This document shows, one piece after another, positions 52,111 to 64,000 of a stretch of 64,000 nucleotides of DNA. Source of the stretch: Octopus sinensis (Eukaryota). The position numbers and the translations under genes were made by a program. The stretch covers positions 56,978,001-57,042,000 of the forward strand of contig NC_043006.1 of the NCBI RefSeq assembly GCF_006345805.1. The letters are read 5' to 3'. Position 1 is the first letter of the stretch. Every line of letters starts with the position of its first letter. The notes below the pieces were generated by a model. It was not told where the DNA came from, did not search any database, and worked only from the letters and a program-made list of their open reading frames with translations.

Positions 52111-53024
52111 CAAAAATAAAGTTTGTCAGCTTGGTTTCATTAGTTTCAACAGGCCTATGACAGTTATGGATGCAGCCCTTTCTTTTAGGTCAAACCAATG
52201 AGATTTGAAAACAAAAAAAAAGGAGAAAAAAACATTACCGACTAAAGAAATTTCTTTACGCAAAACCGAAGTATGATTCATAGTTAAAATGTAAGCATAG
52301 TAACAGAGAAGAAAAATCTATGTTTATATTCTTAAAAATTTGTTTTTGCACACACATCAAATCTATGGGGAAAACATTTTTCTCTGAGATCTTCCCACAG
52401 CGAATACTATTTAAATTCTACTCAGCAGGAACGTGCTAAAATAAATATACATATTTTTTTAGTTTTAACTTTCAGTTTTCCATGCTTGCAGGAGTCAGAT
52501 GGAATTCGCTGAGGTAGATTTTCTAGTCAGATGCCCTACCTGCCTCCAAGTGAGGTAATATTTCCTAATGGTCAGACAGTTGTTTGCAACTATTACGTGA
52601 TATTAAGAGAAGGACACGCACAGCTTTCATTTCCGTCTATTAAATTCATTCGCAGGGATTTGGTCCGCGCGGAGCTATAGTAAAAAGCACTTGGGCAAGC
52701 TTGCCAAGTTACACAGTAGAAAAACGAGCACCTTAACAACAAAGCAATGCCTGAGTCTATAGAACCCAGATATCCTGGCAAATGAGTAACTTAAGGCAAC
52801 GCTCTCTGGTATTTAGATGTATTGGTATGTTAATATAATGGTTTCAAATTTTGGCACAAGGGCAGCAATTTAGAGGAGTGGTGGTATTAAGCCGATTACA
52901 TTGACCCCAGTGATCAACTGGTACTCATTTTATCAACCACAGAGAGGAACAAGGAAAATGATTCCAAAATATTCATACTATGTAAGAAAGTTACCAGGGG
53001 CAACGGGACATTAACACTTCAGAA

Positions 53025-53318
53025 CAGTGGTTCCCAAATGAGGCGGTACTGCCCCCACGCCTGGGGGCGGTGGAAAGATACAGGAGGAGAGGATATTGAA
53101 GAAGATTGGAACGATAATGGGGTGGCCAAATGAGGACGATGGATGTATAAACAACAAAGTAATGGGCAAATTACGTTAAGTTTTATTTGTGAAATACAGT
53201 TGTTTTGAAACTACTTCAGAAAGTGGTCTATGTTTGTGGTGAGTGAGAGAGGGTGGGGGCTAAGAATTTGGCATGGGCACCAAGGGGGCGGCATCCTGAA
53301 AATGTTTGGGAACCACTG
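53025..53318. mobile_element. hAT-Charlie-type MITE
   Basis: Perfect 14-bp TIR CAGTGGTTCCCAAA / TTTGGGAACCACTG; decayed 8-bp TSD CTTCAGAA / CTTTAAAT. Confidence 0.85.
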
Positions 53319-56300
53319 CTTTAAATGATTACAGTTGGTGTCTAACAAGTGACTTGTCTGGCGAAAAATAATTGAAAATCATTAAAGACGTCTTTTCTTC
53401 CACCCTTGTTTATGACTCAGAAGAGTTTTTATGCTAATAAAAACAATTTTCCAATGTTAAGTCATCGTTTATCTTTTTTTTCTAACTTTACTTCTTTAAG
53501 CATTTAAAAACTGAAAATTTTAACTGAAAGATGAAATTTTATAAAATAACTGAGTTGAAAAACCGAAGATGGTTGAGTAATACTATTATTTTCAAATTTA
53601 TCTGAACCAGATTGTAACGATTCAGTTGAAGAAAACTCAGACAACACAAAAACTTTACAAATGCAGGCCTAATTGTTTTCTATATACATAATTTACAAAC
53701 ACATAACATAATATACAAGACATGTGTTATAAACATAATATGTAATGCATAACCATCTTTTTAACGTCTACATTCCCATGTTTACATGGGACAGACAGAA
53801 TTTGTTGAGGCAAATTTTCTACGGCAAGATGCACTTCCTGTCGCCAACCCTCACCTGTTTCCAAGCTAGGAAATATTTCACCCTCCTCACTCTGCCTTGG
53901 CCGACGACAGTGACGCTCGTTTTACAACCATCACGTGGTGTCATGACAAAAAAAAAACATTCTCCCCTACACATAAGCACGTACGACATCCACCAAATTC
54001 ACTCACAAAGGTTTGGTCATTTCAGACTTAGACATCCCCACGCAGTGGGATTGAACCTGAAACTATATGGATAGGAAGCGAACTTCTTAACCACACAACT
54101 TTGACCACTTTTAAACATTCAAACATAAATAATACATTAGTCACTCACAAGTGAATATGACTTGGTAGCATGTATCAGGCTTTCGCTGTTTACGGTGGCA
54201 TGTCGCCATAAGCAGACACAAAAGCGATTTTCACCATCAGACATATTGGCATGGCAGATAATATAGGAAGTAACAGCTGGAAAAAGGGAAGGCTCCACCA
54301 ACAATACACTGATGCTTATTCCAGATGAACAGACTGGACTAACACAAAATGAAATGATTTGCTCAAGGACAGAGCGTCACGGCATATAGGAATAGAACCC
54401 ACGACCTATATTTACATAATGCAACATACATTATATGTATAACGTATTACATAAATGTACATACGTGTACATTTACAAGTATATGCATTCGTATATACAT
54501 ATCTAGACATGAGGATATATACATGTATATGCGTACCAATACACACACACATACTTTCATGTATGTACATGAACATCTACGTGCATACATATATGTGCAT
54601 ATCATGTGCATACATGTTTCAGGAAGGACATCCAGCTGTAACACATTGCTTCAAAAAGTCCCATCCAATGCCTGCCAGCATGAAAAAGAGTTTGCAAAAA
54701 CAACAGTAAACAATTGCTTCACACGCGCTCGCACGCACACAAACGAAACACCAGACCAGTTTGTCTTACGAAGAATTCAATTGTGGGGATGTCCCAAGTA
54801 AAGGATGAAAGTCATTTCACAGAGATGATTAGTTGTTGAAAATATTCCTCTGCCTCTTAGTCGCCAGTATTCATCTGAGAAGTGTGAGACATGAAGCAGA
54901 AACCAAGAAGGAACCTGTGATAACCCATCCTGCAAGATCACATGACAAAAGTGATTCTATATTTATGTGAGCTTAAACCTCAAACTATCAAATTAAGCAA
55001 AGGTAGATTCAAGGAGAAGCTATCCTACTTAAGCAGCTTCTCCCCACTCCCAACTCACTCTTTGTCACATATTTACTAGTTTTCCTAGATAAAACTCCTA
55101 CATAAATTATACATACCAATAAGAGCATAAAGCACATCAAATCACACACATATATATAAGAAGCCTTAGGGATGGAAAAATTAAGAGCATTATCTTAAGA
55201 ATTAATCCAATATCAACCACCAAGATACAATTGATGGTTACAAAATTTGTATGATCGAAGTCTTTCTACCTATAACCATAGTAAATTTTGTTTCTTTAAG
55301 ATTTCATGAACTGAGCAGTTCCAACATATTTTATGATTTCAGAGCTCTGGCTGCAATTTTTAGCACAACAAACAACCATGTAAAAAAGGCATGGACAACG
55401 TTTTCTGAGAACTGGGCTGCATAAGACATGGTTCATCATCAGGTGAACCACACTACTAAAAGAATTAAAAGTAATTTTTCATTTAGGCATGCCATTCATA
55501 AAGTCCCTTTGAACTGCAGTTTGCCCATGACTGATGAAGAAGCTCCTTCGCTGGCTTCAATACAATTAAAATGAGGTGTTAGTAGGTTAGTATTTCATCC
55601 TCTCAATGAATATGGGCAATCAAAGGTTTCTGAATTAGATACAAGGTTATTTATTTTGAAGAAAAGAATAAGACTCCTTCTTCTCAACAATGGAGCTTAT
55701 CTGATGATATATAGGGTTAGTCCCTTGGCTGGTTTTTCAATTGCACTGACATTGTAAAGTGGAAAGAAAAATAAAAAGTTTTGGCAGGATAATAATTTAA
55801 AATGTTAAGGTTCATAATTAAATACAAGGTATTTTGTTCAACACCACCATTTCAGATACTCACTCCTATGCTAACGAGAAGGATTTCTAACATGAGCAAA
55901 TGGTCAGTTTTGTAGCTTCACAAGGTTCTCATTTTATCAACATCAGAATGATGAAAGACTAACAGAAATTTAAATGCATAGAAGACACACAGGATCACAG
56001 CAGGGTTTGAATTCAGAACATAAGAGCAAATAATTAAATATTGCAAAGCATTTTCTCTTTTCTCCAGCTGTTTACTGAGCTTTGCTCTCAATTTCTCTAT
56101 TTTGTCTATCACATTTATAATGATAATAGTTTTTGGTAATTATACAGGATATACAATCAGTCTCATCAACCTAATGAAACTGAAAAAGACTTGATGATAT
56201 TTGAACTGTGAAAAGATGTAATCAAATGCTGCAAGGTAAAATTCATTTTGTCAATCTATTACCTAAGGGAGGCGACAATAGTAATCTTTAACGAGGGTTC

Positions 56301-56577
56301 AAAGGTACAAATTTGAGAGAAGAGAAGGGAGGTGATCTGATCCCCAGTTGATGACACCCACTGCTGAGCACCTCCAAAGTATCTACTTCATACATAGCTA
56401 ATGATTTCTTACATTAGCATAGGACCAAAAACAGTGGAACAGTCAACTAAGCTGAAACCAGTAAATGACTTTAAGACTTCCAGAGGTGATAAAATAAGTT
56501 GACTCCGGCTGAAATTGAAATCACAATGTAAAGGGATGCAAAGTATTTATTCCATCACTCACCCATCTGTTACCCAT

Positions 56578-57822
56578 AAATAATCCTTTCCACTATAGGC
56601 ACAAGATCTGAAATTTTGGGGAGGGGGATAGTCGATTTCATTGACCCCAGTACTCAACTGATACTTTATCAACCCCAAAAGGATGAAAGGCAAAGTCAAC
56701 CTCAGCGGAATTTGAACTCAGAACATAAAGAGTTACCATCATCTCTGATATTAGGACAAATTTCAAGAGGGTAGACAGTATCCCAGTAGAGTGAGTGGTA
56801 TTAATTCTACCAGCCCAAGAGAGAAATGAATTGCAATGTTAATCAGATAATAAAGCCAACCTGTTTATAATAACAAGGGTTTCAAATTTTGCCACAAGGG
56901 CAGCAATTTTGGGGGAGGGGATGAGTCAATTACACTGACACTGGTGTTCAACTGGTTTTTATTTTACCAAGGATGAAAGGTAAAGATGCCCTCAGCAGAA
57001 TTTGAACTCAGAACGTAGTGACGGGAGAAATACTGCTAAGCATTTAATTCGGCATGCTAACAATTCTTCCAGCTCATTGCCTTCCCGTTCATAATAATAG
57101 TAGTAGTAGTAGTAATAATAATAATTGCTAACATAGGTATAAGCTCTCAGATTTTGAGGTGAAGGGCATAGTTGACAATACTGATCCCAGTACCTGACTG
57201 ATACTCTGTTTTATTGATCTTGGAAAGATTAAAGTCAACACTACTCAGGTGCAATTCAAAGTCAGAACATAAACGGGTGTAGCTAAATACCACACAGCAT
57301 TTTATATCACTTTTCTACCATTTCAATCAATCCACATCCTTGATAATGATGATGATAGTGATAGTAATAACAACATATTTCTAATTTAGCCACAAAACCA
57401 GCATTTCTCAGGAGAGGAGTTAGTCGATATCACTGCCCCAGTACATTACTGGTATTTTATTTTATCGACCCTGGAGAGATGAAAGCAAAGATGACTTTGA
57501 ACTCAGAATGTAAAGAACCAGAAGAAACACCACCAAGCATTTTCTCCAATGCTTTAACAATTCTGAAAATCCACCACCCTAATAATAACAAACGACAATA
57601 GTTTCTTTCTAATTCTGGAACAAGGCCAGTATTTTTGAGGGAAGGAGGCAAGTCAATTACACTGACCCCAGTACTTAACTGGTACTTTATTTTATCAACT
57701 CCTAAAGGATGAAAGGCAAAGTTGACCTCGACAGGATTTGAACTCAGAGCCTTAAAGAGCCAGAAGAAACGTGGCTAAGCATTTTGTCCAATGTGCTAAT
57801 GGTCCTGCCAGCTCACTGCCTT
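56578..57822 (-). mobile_element. Chain of five diverged family-A SINEs
   Basis: (A/T)TTTGAACTCAGAA-type B box (rc) recurs at about 56710, 57000, 57255, 57495 and 57737, separated by short TAA/TAG/TGA runs. Confidence 0.8.
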
Positions 57823-58643
57823 GACAATAACAATAATGATAATAAATAATAATGAAGATAATAATAAATTTGTCAAAATAATCAATGCCTAGTGTAATGG
57901 CTAAACAAGCAGGTACTGTCGATAGCAAGATTCCTGACAATCTCTTTGTACAGTTCAAACATAGAGACCGTTCTAGTCTCAAAGACTGATTGACTGCATT
58001 TTTTTTTTTTGTTTTGAGTCTTCAATTCATGTAATGAGAACATGCACAGCATATGCTGCTATTTTTGTGTCTGTAAAAGAGAGATATATTTGTATGTGTG
58101 CGTGTGTGTATGCATACGTGTCCATTGGTGTGGGTGTGAATACGTGTCCATTTGTTTGAGTAGACATAAGCATTTATGTCTGTTTAAGTGTGTGTGTGTG
58201 TGCATGCGTGTGTGAGTACATATAAATGAGTGTGAGTTTACACATATGTAAATATGTGCATGTATTATCCTGAATATGCACACACATGTATTTCTGTATC
58301 GGTACATGTACATTTAGTATGCATGCATGTATAGCAGCATGTCTACATACATACACACACACAGAATCATACATATACACACACACACAGAGTCATACAT
58401 ACAGATGTTGTAAATGGAATAATTATAATTTAAGTCACATTGCTTACAAAAATTTTTTTTTAAATCTTAGCAAGTGAAAGAGGGTTGCTTTAATGTTTGA
58501 TGTGATCTAGAGTAAAGGAATAAGAAGATACTGGGCTAATTGTATGAGAGTGGCAATTGGAAATAAATAGTCAAAAACTCCAGCACAAAGTGGGTCATCA
58601 TGGCAGGTGAAGATGGTAGAAAAGAGACTTTCTGTTCCAAACA

Positions 58644-58709
58644 TTACTGCACAGGCAACTTCTCCAGAGAAAATGCATGGATCTTGAAATGACGACACAT
58701 CTGACGCAC
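58644..58709 (-). other. Candidate spliced exon of an unidentified gene
   Basis: Strong acceptor TTACTCTTATTTCTTGCAG|G. Phase-0 reading VRQMCRHFKIHAFSLEKLPVQ*; a second frame is open for 67 codons. No recognisable homology. Confidence 0.25.
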
Positions 58710-58787
58710 CTGCAAGAAATAAGAGTAACATATGTATTTAGAAGACTCACATGTGCATACACTGTTTTGATTTTTTTTTATTATTAA

Positions 58788-59019
58788 CCCTTCAGCATTT
58801 AAACCAGCCATATCTAGCCCAAATATCCCAAATATTCGGCCAGTTTTATGCTGGCAATGGCCATATTCACAGCCTCTCACACCTACCCTATAATGTCATT
58901 CTAAAAATAAACAATCACTTCATTGAAATTTAAAAGCTATGAGACGAAGCATGGGTAAATTCAAAACAATGCAAATAAATAAGCATTACATTGGACAGAA
59001 TAATCTGAGTGCTAAAGGG
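58788..59019. mobile_element. piggyBac-type MITE
   Basis: TTAA TSDs (58784-58787, 59020-59023); ends CCCTTCAGCATTT / GAGTGCTAAAGGG. Confidence 0.85.
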
Positions 59020-59751
59020 TTAATGCTTTAATCAAAGAGGCAACAATTAGTATCTTTTCAGGGCCTCGGAGACTGGTGGGCAGAAGAGAGAAAGCATCTG
59101 TCACCCTGAGTTGCAGCCAATGCTGGATTGAAGCAAGAGCTACAAGTTCTGTGATACCCATTAACTTGTCACTTAATCAGCTACTGGAGGCCCCTGGGCT
59201 GCAGCTCCAGAAGTGCAGGTTTTTATCCAGTACTGATTAAAACTCATGAGTCACAGTTGCTTTTTCCCTATATTTATGTTGTTTGTGTTGGTGAGTATGA
59301 ATAGATGGAGAGATAGAGAGATAAATAGACAGCCATCTGGCAGAGTCATCAGAACATCAGATACATAGCTTTGTGATTATTGACCCAGCTTATTGTGCTC
59401 TGTGTTCAAATATCACCAAGGTCAACTACTATGACATTCATCATTTTGTGGTCAATAAAGTCACATATTAGACTCAATATTTCTCCTTCTGTCACAATCT
59501 GTCTTTCTCTCATTTAGAAGAAATTAGCTGTGCTCAAACTTGTAGAAGGATGAGCCATGCTAGGTTTAAACAGGCCTAAGACCCATCCTCTCACCACATT
59601 GGGGAAGGCAACACTGCTGCTAAAAACTATGACACACACAAGCAAGGACACAAATGCATGTGTACATAAGGATACACATCTTGGAAGAAAAGAGTGAAGT
59701 AAGTGGAGTAAGAACACACAAAAATGAAAAGTGTCGCTGAAGAGGTCACAG

Positions 59752-60665
59752 ATCATCATCATCATCGTTTAGCATTTGCTTTCCATACTGGCATGGGTTG
59801 GACGGTGCAACTGGGGTCTAGGAAGCCAGAAGGCTGCACCAGGCCCAGTCTGATCTGGCAATGTTTCTATGGCTGGATGCCCTTCCTAACGCCAACCACT
59901 TCATGAGTGTAGTGAGTGCTTTTTACGTGCCACTGGCACAGGTGCCAGACGAGGCTGCCAAACGGCCACGGTCGGATGGTACTTTTTACGTGTGACATGG
60001 GAGGAAAGATTTCTGGACAATGGACAGGAGTTAAAATAATAAAATAAGAATAGTAATAAACAAGTGTAGAAAAAAATTTATAGAGAGTGTTTATTTAGAG
60101 AAAAAAAAAATGACCATCCCAAAATACATGTTTCAACATACAATTTTACACCAGGAATCTTGCAAAATGAATTAATATATATACACATACATACATACAC
60201 ACACAAATATCATCATCATCATCATCATTTAGCGTCCGTTCTCCATGCTAGCATGGGTTGGACGGTTCAACTGGGGTCTGTGAAGCCAGAAGGCTGCATC
60301 AGGCCCAGTCTGATCTGGCAGTGTTTCTACAGCTGGATGTCCTTGCTAACGCCAACCACTCCGCGAGAGTAGTGGGTGCTTTTTACGTGCCACCCGCACA
60401 GGTGCCAGACGGAGCTGGCAAACGGCCACGAACGGATGGTGCTTTTACATGCCACCGGCACGGAGGCCAGTCGGGAGGGCACTGGCAACAGCTACGAACG
60501 GATGTTGCTTTTTACGTGCCACCGGCACGGGGGCCAGGCGAGGCTGGCAACGGTCATGAACGGATGGTGCTTTTTACGTGCCACCGGCACGGAGGCCAGT
60601 CGGGGCAGTGCTGGCAATGGCCACGATCGGATGGTTCGCTTACTTGTCACCGGCACTGGTATCAC
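59752..60665 (-). mobile_element. Two family-E elements (59752-59995; 60210-60665) with (CAT)n tail and 62-67-bp internal tandem units
   Basis: Shared GCATGGGTTGGACGGT..GGATG(C/T)CCTT(C/G)CTAACGCCAACCAC. Unit GGTGCTTTTTACGTGCCACCGGCACGG.. occurs about 4.5 times at 60375-60660. Confidence 0.8.
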
Positions 60666-61209
60666 AGCCGCAATTTCCATTACACTATATATATATACAC
60701 ACACACACACATACATATATATATATATTATATATAGAAAAAGAAAAATAGAACAAGAACGTTAACAGGTGACAACAAAACATCCTGACAGACGATACAA
60801 AAAAGGATAGGAAAAAAAAGGACAGGTCCTTTGGAGCTGCCTATCCTTAGTCGAGTTCCAGATCATCTATGCAGTTTTGGCCCGTTATACTCGAGACTGC
60901 TCTTATCTGGCCAGCCCAAAGAAAATCTAAGCTAAGAGCACTAGACTCCTTGGAAGAAAGCAAACAAATGTATACAAAAACAAAGATGAAAAAAAAACAG
61001 AGAAATGATACACAATTACAAATACAAATACCAGGACATAAACAACAGGTGTCTTTTGACTAAGGATAAATTAAATTAAGCTGGTATGTGTGGAAGTGAA
61101 GTCTTATGGCAGGAACATAAGAGATGAAGGTCATGGGAAGGAATATAACAGATGCTACATGGATGGTAGTCGAACCAAGAAAGAAAGGTCAGGCTTGGTG
61201 GAACACTGG

Positions 61210-61388
61210 TCACATATATACACACACACAAACATATATATACACACATATACCCATATATATACACACACACACACATATATATATATATACATATACA
61301 AATATACACATACACACATAATACATATACATACATATATAGATATACATACATATATACACATATACATACACAAATATATATACAC

Positions 61389-61435
<47 letters not shown>

Positions 61436-61530
61436 TATATATATACACACACATATATATACACACAAATATATATACACACACATATATACATACATAA
61501 ACATACATATATATGCATACACACATACAT
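61210..61530. repeat. Compound (CA)/(TA) microsatellite
   Basis: Directly visible. Confidence 0.95.
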
Positions 61531-64000
61531 GTTTATTTCAGTGTTCCTTTCTGTCAAAGAGTGTAGGCTCAAAACGTAAAAGACTTTCTCACTTCCCGAG
61601 CATTAAACTAATACATCTATTTGTTGTTTACACACACGTCTTTGTCTTGTTTTTTGTAAATTCTCACAATATATCCATTCATACATATAAATATACACAC
61701 ATACATATAAATACACATACATACATGCACACACCCACACACACACACATATATATATATATCAAATGAATAACAACATACAATAGATAATTGTCTGCTC
61801 ATTACAACAGCTTTTTACGTAACTTTTTAATAGAAGAATGAGAATATTACATCATTATAAAAGACCGTAATCATCTGATAAGAATGTTACAAAACAAAGG
61901 AATACCTCAAGAATACAGCAGGGATGTGGTTAAAGTCTGTCGAGGCCAACTATGTTGGCCATTTAGGTTAAGAATGTAGTTCTTGAAAGTGTGTAATATA
62001 TCTAAGGTGAGTGTATGTGTGTATATATGTTTATATGAATATGTGTATGTGAAGGTGTGTGTGTGTTGGAAAGACTGAGAAGTCAAGAAGTTTGCTGTAT
62101 AACTAATCCACTGCACCACACCTTTAAATAAGTGTGTTCTGCTTCAACCACAAGTCACTTAAAGCCGTTTGAGTGAAATTCAACAGATGGAAACTATGTG
62201 GAAACCTGATGAAGAGAGTGTTTCTGTTTTAGGGAGTAGTCTTAATCTATTGTCCAGTCAATGCTACAACCTGGCCCTTGAGAACCTTTAGCAATGTCCA
62301 CTATGTTGTAACTATTTAACCCATAATTCCCAGGGTGAGGAGAGCTACTTATCACCAGTCACAGAAACACTGAAAAAATTCATTCATGGCTACTTTCTGC
62401 CTTCTCTATGTCAGGTACAAAAATATGTTAAAAATGTATCTAATATATATATATGCATGTCTACTCGAATATATGAGAAACATGTATAGTGTTTCAAAGA
62501 TTCACATAATTATATATGTGTGTATCACTCCTAAATATATGGACAAAGGCATACATAAATGCACCCACCAGTGCATACACAAACAAGACACACACTGAAG
62601 CTAGTGACATCAGAGACAGGGATAGAATAGAGACATTGACAGAAGAGAAGAGAGTATGTTTGTAGAGAGAAAGAAATGATTCCAGGAAAAATCAAGCAAT
62701 ATGAAAGGTCAAAAATGCAAAATGATTTATAACTTTCTTGAGAGAGAGAGAAATTAGATACAAGAGATTGTATCTAAAGCAAAAGTGGTAGAAGTAGGCT
62801 GGAGATTCAGCAGAACTATTTATAGAATGAAAAGCCACTGCCTTTACACAATATCAACAACTGTTCACCACTAAGTGCACACACTCATTAACATTTACTG
62901 CTTTCATTTAGTGCAGCACACAATTGCAGAGTAGCTGGGAACAGTTTCTGACCTCGTTCCATTTTATGAAAATACATTTTTGCACTATTTCTGTTCTTTC
63001 TTCTACTCGTTTCAGTCATTGAATCATGTAGTCATACTGGAGCCCTGTCTTTGAGAATATAGTTTACTTAATTAAACAAAGTACTTGTAGAATGGTATTT
63101 ATTTTATTGGTTACAGAAGAGGTGATGTAATCGAATCAAAGTCTTTAACTGCCTAAGTATTTCAGATGATCACTATCAACTAACAGAAGAGAATGCAAGA
63201 AGACAATCAAGTCTTGTGTATTTAACAAACACCCATACATGCATGTATATATCAATATATATATTCATTCCACCAAACTTAATCTTAAATTTTCCTAACA
63301 CCAACATGTTTAGGATTATTTTTTTACAAATTTTCATTTTTACATCTTTTGCTTTAAATGGTTTATTCTAGAGGAAGGTGCTACCCCTATGACTTTTTGA
63401 GACTAATAAAATTCAGGTTCTTCTCTAGATGGAAGGACTTGGTGCTGCCATTAGACCAGTACCTGAGGGAGAGGATGGATATAAAATGAGTGGGTTACAA
63501 AAGAATAAACAAGTGAAGAGACTATGTCTGAGGATCAGAGATTGGAATGTGTTGGAGAGTAACACCATGCCTATCAGTCAGACAGTATTTTCAAAGAGAA
63601 TGAAGAAAGATGTAACAGCACTTGTTTTGAGTAAAAGAGATCAAAGATTGTTAAGTATAATATACAGAAACTTTAGCAATGTCACTACAAAGTAATCAAC
63701 AGTGATGTAAGCTCATCATCTATTAACTATAAATTATGCTAGCACCATGCATAATAACCTTATTACATATTCCATAATTTCATCCTGCAATCACGGCACC
63801 GATGTGCTCCATTAGACTTTTGACTATAGTCTGAGATTCACACAGTTCATCCTCCTATGCACTTGCTTCTAGGTGATGCTAAATGTTGCTAGCCTTACAA
63901 AATTCAATGGAACTAATGTCAATTTTGATGAGTATTACAGCTATTCAATTACCTGAACTACCTATTTATTAAGATACAGTGTAAGCAGCTGAGTATTCCA

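Noticed and set aside
63429-63695. 88-aa ORF with LRI..WNV (APE N-terminus-like)
   Set aside because: A single short motif; at most a decayed RTE 5' fragment.

Overview
AT-rich, repeat-saturated eukaryotic DNA with no confidently identifiable host protein-coding gene. The mix of SINE, LINE and MITE families and the dense (TA)n/(CA)n/(ATT)n/(CAT)n microsatellites look like an octopus (coleoid cephalopod) genome; this is an inference from family recall, not a search. Retroelements: CR1, RTE/BovB-like, RTE-X-like, L1-Tx1, RLE-type (HERO-like) and Penelope-like pieces, plus at least five SINE-like families. DNA transposons: a complete-ended DD34D mariner, two copies of an internally deleted mariner, a maT/Tc1-like remnant, two hAT transposase remnants, and hAT- and piggyBac-type MITEs. 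Nearly all short ORFs in the track are microsatellite or antisense artefacts. I see no convincing novel multi-gene system. The most unusual signals are structural. They are a layered 1.7-kb inverted-repeat complex (41011-42687), a perfect 110-bp-arm palindrome (19453-19676), a 258-bp inverted repeat (32437-34037) and a compact three-way-junction hairpin (34138-34192). Also notable are an in-frame RTE-(TA)n-CR1 chimeric ORF and a SINE trimer punctuated by its own target-site duplication. Mismatch counts were made by eye.
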